Below are positions 1 through 9,244 of a stretch of DNA of 64,000 bases, piece by piece. The notes below the pieces were generated by a model that worked only from the letters and a program-made list of their open reading frames with translations, ran no database searches and was not told the origin of the DNA. The stretch lies in sequence record PX930851.1. The stretch is one strand, 5' to 3'. The position numbers and the translations under genes are program-made. Numbering within the stretch: position 1 is the first letter of the stretch; the number at the start of each line of letters is the position of its first letter. The stretch is from a phage.

Positions 1-2178
1 TTAGGCCGCAAGGGCCTTCATAGTTTTAGCGATTTGGGAAACTTCATCATCACTTAAAGAGTTGCGATATCCGATGAAGTCGGAAACAATACGGAATTTC
101 TTGGTAAACTCAGCAACCATTTTATCACTGTTTTTTGAAGCATTATTTGATAATACATCAAAAAGATTAGTTACTGTCCAGATGTCATGACCGATGGTAT
201 CTTTTCCACCATTAAAATATACACCGCGCAATGAACTAACTATATTAGCAAGTCGTGTATATTCTTCAGAAACTTCATCTGTACTGAAGTACTTCATCAT
301 AAAATCTAGTTCAGGATACTTGATAATTTTATCAATATATCGTTGAGCTGAACTTGAATAACCTACATACTTATCATAATCTACATCATCAAAAGCATCT
401 ACATATAAATCACGCAAAGCTTCAAAAATACATTGGCACTGACCGAGTTCTTTTACCTTTTTCTGTAAAAGCGGACGAATAACATAAAATTCATTAATGC
501 CAATAAGATTAGCCATACGAATTAAAATATTCATAGATGGATGACAAAGCGATGTAGTACCATCCATAGAGAAAATATCAGAACGATGCATATACGCTAC
601 ATAACCAGTAATTTCATCTGCTTCTGATGTAAGTGTAAATAGTTCCTCTTTTTCCCATCGCCCATCTTTAATTTCAAACTTAAATGCTGTAGCAGCTTTA
701 GGACGAGGAGCTTTACTTTTAACTACCTTTGGAATATAGCTTTTAACTAAAGTTTCAATTTCTGACAAATAATGAATGTTAACTTCATCACTTTCAAACA
801 TTGTCATAATATCAGGTAGTAAATCAATCTGCGATTCTACTTCCGGATTAATAAACAGAAGACGCTCATTGTGATGAATATTCAAAGTGTTATTAAATTC
901 ACTATCATCTAACGCGTGTGCTAATCCACGGACAATATTAACACGATTTTTAATATTATCAATAACGATATTAATTTTTGTTGTATTAATACCAAACAGA
1001 CGATAACTTGATGCAACGGCTGAAGTTTCATGGCTTTGCTTAATGCGTTTCAGTCGAGGGTCAAGATTTACTTCATACACAACCCCTGCATTGCATAACT
1101 TACTGTCAGGTTCAAACATGCTCTGCATCTTTTTATATGACAAATTTTTAGTCGTGAATTTGACTGAATTACTAATCATATAATCTCGAGCAGAATACCC
1201 CATCTTCATCAATTCACGATATGTGTGACGAGGAGATGTAGATTCTTTAAATCGTTTTACATCTTCATTAAATGCTTTCTCACTAAGCTCTTTAACTCGT
1301 TCAATAATATTTTTACGAGTACGATCATCCAATGAAAGAGCTTCACGTGATGGAGCAATATCAAGTGAACCCATTGGAAACTTAATGTAATTCACTTCAT
1401 TGCGAATGCTTAGCCAGTTACGGTCTCTAATAACACCATCGATAGGATAAACGATACCGCCGTAGATAGCATATAATCCACCACGATCAGGCCAGTATCT
1501 TTCTGGATTTACACCGTAATAATCATCAAAATCCGGAAAATAATCAATTTCGCGGTCAAGGCCATTAATGATAGCCAAATCTTTGAATGGTCGCATGATA
1601 TAAGAAACTTCATAAGCAAAGTTTCTAAAGTCTTTTTCTTCAACTGGAACTACGATTTCAATACCAGTTTTATCGTCTGGACCCATTTCTTTCACGAATG
1701 TAGGTTTAATTTGCGGACCATCACCATCCATATAAGCAACATATCCACGAATTTCACCTTTATGATACGAAGTAATACTAAATGTATCAGTATAACTAAA
1801 TGGAGATTTAGAACCTAAACCAAATCCGCCAATAAAGTCATTAGATTCAGCTTTAGATGAACTGAAGTATGAATTATACAACCCAGGAGAATTATCATCA
1901 CCTTGAATATCAAAATCACTCATACCCGGACCAAAATCTCGGCAAACAAATCGTGGATCTAAACGTCCAGGAACTTGAATGATAAATTTTTCAGGATTTC
2001 CATTGAGAGCATGGGCATCAATCATGTTGGTAATCAATTCACGAACAACTGCGCGAATCTTATTTGTATACAAATCAGATGATAAGATTTTAAATACTTT
2101 AGGAGATGCTGTGATGCTAAATGCTTTTGATTTAGAACCATTACCAAGAATTGTTTCTTTTTCAGTGGTGATAATCAT
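1..2178 (-). CDS. rIIA: rIIA protein (membrane-associated, GHKL ATPase-like N-terminus)
   Basis: 725 aa ORF; GHKL-like N-box [10 protein letters not shown] and G1 box DFGPGM; position at the start of the rIIA-39 block. Confidence 0.85.
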   Translation of the reverse strand: MIITTEKETILGNGSKSKAFSITASPKVFKILSSDLYTNKIRAVVRELITNMIDAHALNGNPEKFIIQVPGRLDPRFVCRDFGPGMSDFDIQGDDNSPGLYNSYFSSSKAESNDFIGGFGLGSKSPFSYTDTFSITSYHKGEIRGYVAYMDGDGPQIKPTFVKEMGPDDKTGIEIVVPVEEKDFRNFAYEVSYIMRPFKDLAIINGLDREIDYFPDFDDYYGVNPERYWPDRGGLYAIYGGIVYPIDGVIRDRNWLSIRNEVNYIKFPMGSLDIAPSREALSLDDRTRKNIIERVKELSEKAFNEDVKRFKESTSPRHTYRELMKMGYSARDYMISNSVKFTTKNLSYKKMQSMFEPDSKLCNAGVVYEVNLDPRLKRIKQSHETSAVASSYRLFGINTTKINIVIDNIKNRVNIVRGLAHALDDSEFNNTLNIHHNERLLFINPEVESQIDLLPDIMTMFESDEVNIHYLSEIETLVKSYIPKVVKSKAPRPKAATAFKFEIKDGRWEKEELFTLTSEADEITGYVAYMHRSDIFSMDGTTSLCHPSMNILIRMANLIGINEFYVIRPLLQKKVKELGQCQCIFEALRDLYVDAFDDVDYDKYVGYSSSAQRYIDKIIKYPELDFMMKYFSTDEVSEEYTRLANIVSSLRGVYFNGGKDTIGHDIWTVTNLFDVLSNNASKNSDKMVAEFTKKFRIVSDFIGYRNSLSDDEVSQIAKTMKALAA

Positions 2179-2188
2179 AATTTCCTCA

Positions 2189-2392
2189 TTAATTCATATT
2201 ACGCTTAATAACTTCAGCAACTTCTAGTAGTTCGTCTTTAGTTGCGGTGTCGGATTGAATTTTATCTCTAATATCTTTAAAGCGGTTTTTAAATTCTTCG
2301 GCTTCTCCCATATCGAAAAAGCGTTGAATGATTCTATATTCTCGATGAACTGCTTTATCAAAAAGTTCTAAATTTACTTTATATGATTTCAT
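2189..2392 (-). CDS. hypothetical small protein (rIIA.1 position)
   Basis: 67 aa ORF directly downstream of early promoter 2418..2447; SD-like GAGGA upstream. Confidence 0.5.
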   Translation of the reverse strand: MKSYKVNLELFDKAVHREYRIIQRFFDMGEAEEFKNRFKDIRDKIQSDTATKDELLEVAEVIKRNMN

Positions 2393-2417
2393 TCCAATAT
2401 CCTCATTTGCCCAATTA

Positions 2418-2447
2418 ATTATACCACATCCTTGTGGTAAAGTAAAC
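2418..2447 (-). promoter_or_regulatory. T4-type early promoter (GTTTAC-N18-TATAAT)
   Basis: minus strand reads gtttac, 18 nt spacer, tataat; upstream of rIIA.1/rIIA. Confidence 0.6.
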
Positions 2448-4267
2448 TACTGGCTCATCCATTCTTTACGAAGGTCAGCATTATCTCCCATGAGCATTTC
2501 AAAAAGCTCTTTCCAGTTCTCAGGAAGTTTAACAACATCATATACTGGATTTTGAATCATCTCACGATATTCAGATTTTTCCAAAGAGCCAAGTCCCTTA
2601 ATATAACGGATGCTATGTTTAGGTAGAGCATCTTTAGCACTCTCATATTCAGCGACTGTATAAAACCATTCTTGTTTTTTACCGACCTGAGCGATGATTA
2701 CAGGAGTTTTGACAAAGCGAATTCTTCCTTGTTCAAACAGTTCTGGCCAATTACTAAAAAATCCGAGCAGAGAAGGATAAATGCTTCCTAGACCATCATG
2801 GTCAGCATCAGTCATAATAGCAATATTATGATAATTCAAGTTTTCAGCTTTTTCACCTAGAACTAAACCCGTGATTGCGCAAATATCAAACAGTTCTTTG
2901 TTTTTAAGCATATCAGCATATGACATACCCCAACTGTTGAGAACTTTACCACGTAATGGATAACCACCATGAAGTTCTTTATCACGAACATCAATAAGAT
3001 ATCCGATAGCAGAATCACCCTCAGTCAAGAAAAGAGTAGTGTCAGCATCTTTACCACAAAGATTCGCTTTGATATGTTTATGAACCTTAGCTTTAGAAGC
3101 CTTTTTAGCTGCTTTAGTTTCTGCTGCTTTTTCTGCTGCTAATTTACGTGCTAAAGCAGCTTCAATAATCGGCATTAAAATTGCTTCATTATTTAGAATA
3201 GCGCGTGAAATCTTTTTAGCATCAAGTTGAATATGACTACGAATTTCGCCAAATGGAGAAGTCAAACGCTCTTTAGTTTGAGAATCAAATCGCATGTTTT
3301 TCATATCACGGACAAACATAACGATAGTCAAACATTCTTTGACACGTGCTTTAGTCACATCAATTTTGAACTTACGTTTGATTTGCGGAATAAGGTCTTC
3401 ACAAATATCATCCATAACACAGTCAATGTGATGGCCACCATTCTTAGTGTGAATGTTATTCACATAAGTTAATTGACGAAATCCATCCGGTGAACGACCA
3501 ACCGCAATAGAACAATTTTCTTGTTCTTGAACAATAGCATGTTCATCATACTGTCGTGCATATTTCTTAAAATTGCCCTGAACCTTTTTACCATTAAAGG
3601 TAAATTGAATATCAGGATAAACAACAGCAAGTGTCTGGAGACGATCTAGTGTAATGTCAAGATAAACTTGGGACAGCTCATTAGTTTCAAATGACATAAA
3701 ATCAGGAATGAAAGTAACACGAGTTCCTTTCCATTTTCCTGGAATAGTTTCCCATGATTTATTTTCCATGCCATTTGAACAACGAACTACAATATTATTT
3801 TGACCATCGCCAGTTTCACCGATAAACATCACAGAAAAAATGTTAGTTAAACTAGAACCAACACCATTCATACCACCGGTGACACGTTCTTTATCATCAC
3901 CGAAGTTACCACCTGCTTTTGGAATAGTCCAGGCGGCAACAGGACCAGGAATTTCTTCACCAGTAGGTGTTTTAACCATCGCTTGTGGAATACCGCGACC
4001 GTTATCTTCAACTGTTACTTGATTGTTTTTAATAGTAACATTAATTTTATTCGCGAATTTAAACTTAGTACGAATACCTTCATCTACTGAGTTATCGATA
4101 ATTTCATCAATAAGCTTAACAAGACCAGGTACATACTGAACACTTTCCCATTTACCAAACAGAAAGCGCTCATGCATTTCATTAGCAGAAGAACCAATGT
4201 ACATGCCGCTACGCTTTTTGATATGTTCAATATCGCTCAGAATTTTAATTTCATTCTTAATCATCAC
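2447..4267 (-). CDS. 39: DNA topoisomerase II large subunit, uninterrupted (equivalent to T4 gp39 plus gp60)
   Basis: 606 aa; GHKL ATPase motifs (IDNSVDE, EDNGRGIP) and TOPRIM motifs (LTEGDSAIG, MTDADHDG); no gene 60 split and no mobA. Confidence 0.9.
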   Translation of the reverse strand: MMIKNEIKILSDIEHIKKRSGMYIGSSANEMHERFLFGKWESVQYVPGLVKLIDEIIDNSVDEGIRTKFKFANKINVTIKNNQVTVEDNGRGIPQAMVKTPTGEEIPGPVAAWTIPKAGGNFGDDKERVTGGMNGVGSSLTNIFSVMFIGETGDGQNNIVVRCSNGMENKSWETIPGKWKGTRVTFIPDFMSFETNELSQVYLDITLDRLQTLAVVYPDIQFTFNGKKVQGNFKKYARQYDEHAIVQEQENCSIAVGRSPDGFRQLTYVNNIHTKNGGHHIDCVMDDICEDLIPQIKRKFKIDVTKARVKECLTIVMFVRDMKNMRFDSQTKERLTSPFGEIRSHIQLDAKKISRAILNNEAILMPIIEAALARKLAAEKAAETKAAKKASKAKVHKHIKANLCGKDADTTLFLTEGDSAIGYLIDVRDKELHGGYPLRGKVLNSWGMSYADMLKNKELFDICAITGLVLGEKAENLNYHNIAIMTDADHDGLGSIYPSLLGFFSNWPELFEQGRIRFVKTPVIIAQVGKKQEWFYTVAEYESAKDALPKHSIRYIKGLGSLEKSEYREMIQNPVYDVVKLPENWKELFEMLMGDNADLRKEWMSQ

Positions 4268-4291
4268 TTATCCTCGTTTGGTTTCGGGAAT

Positions 4292-4316
4292 ATTATACTC
4301 CGGCATTCATAAAGCT
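4292..4316 (-). promoter_or_regulatory. possible MotA-dependent middle promoter for gene 39
   Basis: minus strand AGCTTTA (MotA-box-like), 12 nt gap, then TATAAT. Confidence 0.35.
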
Positions 4317-4317
4317 A

Positions 4318-4335
4318 AAGGCCCGAAGGCCTTTT
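4318..4335 (-). terminator. UUCG-tetraloop hairpin (RNA stabiliser/terminator)
   Basis: aaaggcccgaaggccttt; on minus-strand RNA forms GGCC-UUCG-GGCC, follows stop of 4334..4603. Confidence 0.5.
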
Positions 4336-4603
4336 ATTTAAAACGAATAGTTGAATCCTTAAAGAACAGCCCAGAACATACTGTTCCTTCTACTTTCTGC
4401 CCGGTAGGTCCAACAGCACGAAATCCAGTATGTTGGAAATCATTTTCAGAGCAACCGAACCAGTTATATCCAGTGATTTCAATATTCGTAAAACCACTTG
4501 ATGATAAAATTTTAGTTGCATTATCAGCATCAGTACATCCTACTAAAGATACTGCTAATACTAATGCTGCGATAGAACGATTAACATATTTCATAATTTT
4601 CAC
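4334..4603 (-). CDS. small lipoprotein (signal peptide plus lipobox LVGC)
   Basis: 89 aa; N-terminal hydrophobic segment and LVGC cysteine. Confidence 0.5.
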   Translation of the reverse strand: MKIMKYVNRSIAALVLAVSLVGCTDADNATKILSSSGFTNIEITGYNWFGCSENDFQHTGFRAVGPTGQKVEGTVCSGLFFKDSTIRFK

Positions 4604-4974
4604 TTAAATTTAATGGCTTGAAGGAGACTAATAATTCTCAAACGGCTTCTTTCATCTTTAACTGTAAAAGAAAGAGGGTCGCCAGATTTCATGGTAATAG
4701 TGCATTCAAAATCAAAATCTTCAGTGACTTCTTCGAAGAAGTCAAATTCTTCATCATAAATTAGAACACTACTTTGCAGACTGTGAAGAGTTTTTCCAGC
4801 ATTTCTGCTAACTGCTGTACTAATCATTGTAACATTATGACCTTTCATATCTTCAACGATAAATTCACTAGTCAATATTACAGCATTAATAGAACTATTC
4901 CTATTACTAGCAGAAAGTAGAAATTTCTTTTCTTCGCCTTCGCGAATACGATACTTCTTACCAATTTTAAACAT
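4600..4974 (-). CDS. hypothetical protein
   Basis: 124 aa ORF, start overlaps upstream stop. Confidence 0.45.
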   Translation of the reverse strand: MFKIGKKYRIREGEEKKFLLSASNRNSSINAVILTSEFIVEDMKGHNVTMISTAVSRNAGKTLHSLQSSVLIYDEEFDFFEEVTEDFDFECTITMKSGDPLSFTVKDERSRLRIISLLQAIKFK

Positions 4975-4976
4975 AA

Positions 4977-5153
4977 TTACCCTTTAAGTAAATCGTAAAA
5001 TCCACCATTCACATGCTTAGGAGCAGAAGGCCGACGAGTAGACAAACGATGACATTTAGGACAAACATCATTTTCTCGTTCAGAAATCTTTTTAATTTTT
5101 TCATATTCATGCCCGCAATCTTCGGATTGGCATTTATAATCATACATTGGCAT
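4977..5153 (-). CDS. small zinc-ribbon protein (CxxC...CPxC), not in supplied ORF track
   Basis: 58 aa MPMYDYKCQSEDCGHEYEKIKKISERENDVCPKCHRL...; hand-translated; stop abuts next start. Confidence 0.45.
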   Translation of the reverse strand: MPMYDYKCQSEDCGHEYEKIKKISERENDVCPKCHRLSTRRPSAPKHVNGGFYDLLKG

Positions 5154-5155
5154 AA

Positions 5156-5581
5156 TTATTCCTTAAAATGAGCTTTCAGCATCTGATACAAGGACCATGC
5201 CTGTTCATTATTTTCAATAGTAACTTTCATGACCGGGAATTCTGTGAAATCTTCTATCTGTTCTTGCTCTTTCTCTTCCTGCTCTTGCTCTTCGGCTGCC
5301 TGGTATGGATTTTCCACTTCATCAAAGAACACAGCTTCGCTCGTTGAAAGCCAGATAAAATCTTCATCCAAAATATCTTTACCAGAAGATAACGCCAATT
5401 TTCCACTAGATGTCACAAGTTTAGTAGGACGACCAAGATAGTCAATATCTGTAACTCTAAAAGGTTCCATACCAAGACGACGTGCATAAATTCCGTTTTC
5501 AGTATGGTCCTTGATAAAATCTTCTTGAGCTTGTTTATTTTTAAATTGATACCATTTATTAACTTCAAATTTAATAGCCAT
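5156..5581 (-). CDS. hypothetical acidic protein (goF position and length, 141 aa)
   Basis: 141 aa with acidic [10 protein letters not shown] stretch; assignment by position only. Confidence 0.4.
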   Translation of the reverse strand: MAIKFEVNKWYQFKNKQAQEDFIKDHTENGIYARRLGMEPFRVTDIDYLGRPTKLVTSSGKLALSSGKDILDEDFIWLSTSEAVFFDEVENPYQAAEEQEQEEKEQEQIEDFTEFPVMKVTIENNEQAWSLYQMLKAHFKE

Positions 5582-5796
5582 TAATAAGTTTCCTTCCAGT
5601 AAGTTGTGCCATCTTCAGTAATTTCACGAAACACACCATAAATTGGTTGTTTATCACCAACTTTTTCGTACACATAAACCGAAGTCAAGTGAGTAAACTT
5701 ATTAGTATGTTCCTTTTGAACTACTACCAAATCTGGATCAAATAATACATCTTCAAATTCGTTATTAGTGCAATTCTGAACAATTTTACGTTTCAT
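5581..5796 (-). CDS. hypothetical small protein (cef position)
   Basis: 71 aa ORF. Confidence 0.4.
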   Translation of the reverse strand: MKRKIVQNCTNNEFEDVLFDPDLVVVQKEHTNKFTHLTSVYVYEKVGDKQPIYGVFREITEDGTTYWKETY

Positions 5797-5809
5797 TACA
5801 ATTTCCTCA

Positions 5810-6091
5810 TTAATTGAACAGTGGAGCGATGCGTTTCAGAAGAGTAGCAGCACCTTTAGCGAATTTTACATCATGAAAAACAGTTTCTTCTTCCGTTACA
5901 ACACGAGCTTTAATGTTTTCACAATCCCAATTTTTACGAACAATCTTCAAAAGCTGCAGTAAATCTTTACATTCAGCAATATCGATAACACATCCACGAG
6001 AATCTTCCATTATCGCACGATAACCGTAAGCCATACCATAATCGTTGAAAGATTGCTCGATGATAATTAAGTTTTCCATTTTATTCTCCAA
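5810..6091 (-). CDS. hypothetical protein
   Basis: 93 aa; SD GGAGA upstream. Confidence 0.45.
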   Translation of the reverse strand: MENKMENLIIIEQSFNDYGMAYGYRAIMEDSRGCVIDIAECKDLLQLLKIVRKNWDCENIKARVVTEEETVFHDVKFAKGAATLLKRIAPLFN

Positions 6092-6105
6092 GTTGTTTTC
6101 TGTAT

Positions 6106-6144
6106 CAGTAGTTGATATTGATATAGTACCATAATCAACTACTG
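6106..6144 (-). repeat. perfect 11-bp inverted repeat (cagtagttgat / atcaactactg) around promoter-like core
   Basis: arms 6106..6116 and 6134..6144 with 17 nt between; intergenic. Confidence 0.5.
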
Positions 6145-6176
6145 ATGTATATAGTTTTATGAAAAAATTTTAAACT

Positions 6177-6668
6177 TTATGCATAGCGAGCTTTGCTATA
6201 GTGTTTAATCCAACTTTCAGGAATGACTTTGTATGTTCCTAAAAATACCGCGTTGTACAGCTTAACACCGTCTTCTACCCACTGATCGGTAATGTATGCG
6301 CACATAGCACGAGTACGGTTAACAACACCTTCCTCACCTTCAGTAAATTCAAACTCATAAGGAGCAACGAACTTGATAGCTTGACCGAGTTTCCACTTAA
6401 AGTCTACACCTACATGCGAAGTATCAATCGTTTCAATTCCTTTAGCGGGAACAGCTTTCAAAAACGCAGGCTCAAGAAATTTCCATCGAACATAACCAAA
6501 CTGAGGTTTAGACATTCCATCTTTAGGAATGATACGCACTTTTACTTCAGAATCTTCATCTTTAACACCATGTTTAAGCTGAATGCTTACGACTTCAACC
6601 AATTTTCCTGCTGCTTTAGAACGGGATTTATCAGATACACGAGCAATTTCACCAATATTAATATTCAT
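6177..6668 (-). CDS. hypothetical protein (MotB position); paralog of 6742..7242
   Basis: 163 aa; C-terminal ITDQWVEDGVKLYNAV resembles VTDQWIEDGVELLNVV of neighbour. Confidence 0.5.
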   Translation of the reverse strand: MNINIGEIARVSDKSRSKAAGKLVEVVSIQLKHGVKDEDSEVKVRIIPKDGMSKPQFGYVRWKFLEPAFLKAVPAKGIETIDTSHVGVDFKWKLGQAIKFVAPYEFEFTEGEEGVVNRTRAMCAYITDQWVEDGVKLYNAVFLGTYKVIPESWIKHYSKARYA

Positions 6669-6712
6669 AATTATCTCTCACTTGTTAAAAAGATTTTATA
6701 CTCCGCAGGACC

Positions 6713-6742
6713 ATTATACTCTGGTCCCAAGAGTTTGTAAAC
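6713..6742 (-). promoter_or_regulatory. T4-type early promoter
   Basis: minus strand gtttac-N18-tataat. Confidence 0.55.
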
Positions 6743-7242
6743 TAGCTTACACGAACATTAATCACTGCGCTGCGAGGAACTACAGAGTACTCTCCAGCAT
6801 GAACTACGTTCAGAAGTTCAACACCATCTTCAATCCACTGATCAGTTACCCAACCGCCAATCGGATTCGCGAATGGACGACGAATATAAACTGCCTTACA
6901 CAACAAATCAGTCGGGTCTTCAATTTTTTCAACTGGTGTTACATACATAGAAACTAAATCCATATCAATATGGGATTTTTCTTGTTCTTCTTTTTCAATT
7001 TCTGTCAATAAATTGAAATCTTCTTCATAGATGATGAATGATGATATCCTTCCATAATAGTTTCTAATTTCCATGTACACTGTACCAATGAGAATTCCGC
7101 TATTAACACTAATAACAGTAAAAGGATATCCGCCAGTTGTACCAAGAAGTTCCCAAAACTTGCTATCAGTCGTATTCGACATTGTCTGGAAATCAATTTC
7201 AGATGGTTTTTTCATTTGATACGTAGTATTAATTTTAATCAT
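6742..7242 (-). CDS. hypothetical protein, paralog of 6177..6668
   Basis: 166 aa; shared C-terminal motif; SD AAGGA. Confidence 0.5.
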   Translation of the reverse strand: MIKINTTYQMKKPSEIDFQTMSNTTDSKFWELLGTTGGYPFTVISVNSGILIGTVYMEIRNYYGRISSFIIYEEDFNLLTEIEKEEQEKSHIDMDLVSMYVTPVEKIEDPTDLLCKAVYIRRPFANPIGGWVTDQWIEDGVELLNVVHAGEYSVVPRSAVINVRVS

Positions 7243-7251
7243 AATTTTCCT

Positions 7252-7764
7252 TTAATCTAAGGTAATAAAGCCTTTTAATTCGGCATGCGATTTGCGAAAC
7301 ATTACTTGATGCCCACCAATGATAACTTGATCATCTGGCACTTCATAAATCGCAATGTACATTCCACGATCTTTTAAGTCTTCACGCTCTTCTCGAGTAA
7401 ACCATCTCATTATATCATATTCACTAGCGAAAGCAAAATGATATAATGCAATAAACCACAATGGAATATAATTTTCAATTCGTGAATAATCTTTATTCCA
7501 TTTAGTTTTAATAGCATCATTAGCATTTTCAACTAATAACTTATCATCGTGTGGAATAGGAATACTTTCATGGCTTTCATAATTATCGCTATGATGATGA
7601 AATGACGATGAATTAATACCGCAAAATTTTAGCCAAGTTCGAGTTTTCATAGAATCAAATCCACGATAAGGAGTTGATTGAACGCATAACTCTTGCCTAA
7701 TTTTCACTATACCACTATCATCATTTAATGCGCTAAACGATGATTCAACACGATAAATTTTCAT
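7252..7764 (-). CDS. hypothetical protein
   Basis: 170 aa taking ATG at 7764 (track start 7803 lies inside promoter); SD GAGGA. Confidence 0.5.
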   Translation of the reverse strand: MKIYRVESSFSALNDDSGIVKIRQELCVQSTPYRGFDSMKTRTWLKFCGINSSSFHHHSDNYESHESIPIPHDDKLLVENANDAIKTKWNKDYSRIENYIPLWFIALYHFAFASEYDIMRWFTREEREDLKDRGMYIAIYEVPDDQVIIGGHQVMFRKSHAELKGFITLD

Positions 7765-7791
7765 TTTATTATCCTCAGTAGCTATTGTGTT

Positions 7792-7821
7792 ATAATACCA
7801 CAACTAACCGAGGAAGTAAAC
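7792..7821 (-). promoter_or_regulatory. T4-type early promoter
   Basis: minus strand gtttac-N18-tattat preceded by tgg. Confidence 0.5.
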
Positions 7822-7827
7822 AACTTT

Positions 7828-8511
7828 TTATCGTTTTGTTGGAAGAGACAGAGGATCGCATTCTTCCTCTGACGGAGCATCTTCAAGACCCATAGCATAT
7901 CGCAAAGCATACTTCATCATCAGGATGTCTTTCGCACAGTCATGAATAGAATCATGCGCAACGAATCCATCTAAAGTTCCTTTTGGAAGAGGACACGTGG
8001 TCATATCACGAACAAGGAGAAGTGCTTCAATTCTGGTACGAATATCACGCTGATTCCAAAATTTACAAGGTTCTAACTTAAATGTGTCAAGCTCATTCTC
8101 GGAAACGCCGTTAAGACGTTGAATATCGCGAATGAGATCGACTAAAATTGGAAAATCAAACGACATTCCACGGCACCAGCCTTGAGATTTCCAAGGATCG
8201 ATATTATGCGCATTGATGTAATCGTTGAATTTTGCAATACCATCAATGGTGCTTACATCTTCATCTGATGGTGCAATATTTTTTCTAGCTTCAGGAGATT
8301 GATTCTTCCACCATTCGATAGTGCTTTTAGTAAAAAGACGATGTCCTTTTTGGCTTTTTAAATCAAATTTGATTTTAATGCCACGTGAAACTAATTCATC
8401 AAATGTTTCAACGACTTCTGGATTAGGGTCAAAAGCAATTACAGCCAAATCAATAACAGCTGCTTTTTCACCGCTTCCCATCGTTTCAAAATCTATAATA
8501 AAATCAAACAT
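7828..8511 (-). CDS. dexA: exonuclease A (DEDD 3'-5' exonuclease)
   Basis: 227 aa; Exo I motif FIIDFETMG; position upstream of dda. Confidence 0.8.
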   Translation of the reverse strand: MFDFIIDFETMGSGEKAAVIDLAVIAFDPNPEVVETFDELVSRGIKIKFDLKSQKGHRLFTKSTIEWWKNQSPEARKNIAPSDEDVSTIDGIAKFNDYINAHNIDPWKSQGWCRGMSFDFPILVDLIRDIQRLNGVSENELDTFKLEPCKFWNQRDIRTRIEALLLVRDMTTCPLPKGTLDGFVAHDSIHDCAKDILMMKYALRYAMGLEDAPSEEECDPLSLPTKR

Positions 8512-8753
8512 TAAACTTTCCTCGCTAAATCGCGAATTTGACCTACAGTATAATCTTGGATATAAACTTTATTAATGGGCTCATCAATAAATTTTGCCAT
8601 AGATTCAATATCTTTTTGTATCTCTTCAAGACTGTATACTATCTTTGAAGCTTTTTCACGAATAGTTGCATTTTCAGGTCCTGGATTTTCTTCAATGACA
8701 GCTTTAACATTTGCCATAAGAGATTTAAACTGATACCAACTTAATTCAATCAT
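8511..8753 (-). CDS. hypothetical small protein
   Basis: 80 aa. Confidence 0.45.
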   Translation of the reverse strand: MIELSWYQFKSLMANVKAVIEENPGPENATIREKASKIVYSLEEIQKDIESMAKFIDEPINKVYIQDYTVGQIRDLARKV

Positions 8754-9006
8754 TAATAATCGCCTTATAAAGATGGCTAATTTCGCCTAAAACATAATCA
8801 CTGATTGTAACAGTTTTCACTTCACCACAAAAGAATTCTAACGCAATTAAATCTCGTTCAATTTCTTCTAATTGAAGCATTAACTTGCCTGATTCAGTTT
8901 TCACATTTTTGCGATTTTTGCTATAAGCTATTTCATAAATTTCGCTTACTTTATCTTGAAGAAGATAAAACTGATCTTTAGTTATTTCCACGAATAGCTT
9001 CCTCAA
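8746..9006 (-). CDS. hypothetical small protein
   Basis: 86 aa. Confidence 0.45.
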   Translation of the reverse strand: MRKLFVEITKDQFYLLQDKVSEIYEIAYSKNRKNVKTESGKLMLQLEEIERDLIALEFFCGEVKTVTISDYVLGEISHLYKAIIND

Positions 9007-9238
9007 ATTTAATTAGTAATTTACAGACACTTTCATCTAGTGTAATTACCGTATCTGTATTACTGTGATATGATTGTTTTTCAATTCGTTTAATTGCTAA
9101 TATAGTATCACTTATAAGATAAAGCTTATGAAGGAGCTCAGCTCCTGTTACCATAACATCGAGATTATCTTGCTTATTAGTATGCTTCCTTATACCATCT
9201 ATTAGACGATTTAAATATTTTGAATTGATGTTAATCAT
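8978..9238 (-). CDS. hypothetical small protein
   Basis: 86 aa. Confidence 0.4.
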   Translation of the reverse strand: MININSKYLNRLIDGIRKHTNKQDNLDVMVTGAELLHKLYLISDTILAIKRIEKQSYHSNTDTVITLDESVCKLLIKFEEAIRGNN

Positions 9239-9244
9239 ATATCC

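Noticed and set aside
1979-4607. Plus-strand ORFs (1979..2227, 3227..3472, 3840..4022, 4197..4607) overlapping rIIA and topoisomerase
   Set aside because: They lie antisense within well-supported minus-strand genes, lack SD sequences, and the genome is otherwise uniformly minus-strand; shadow ORFs.
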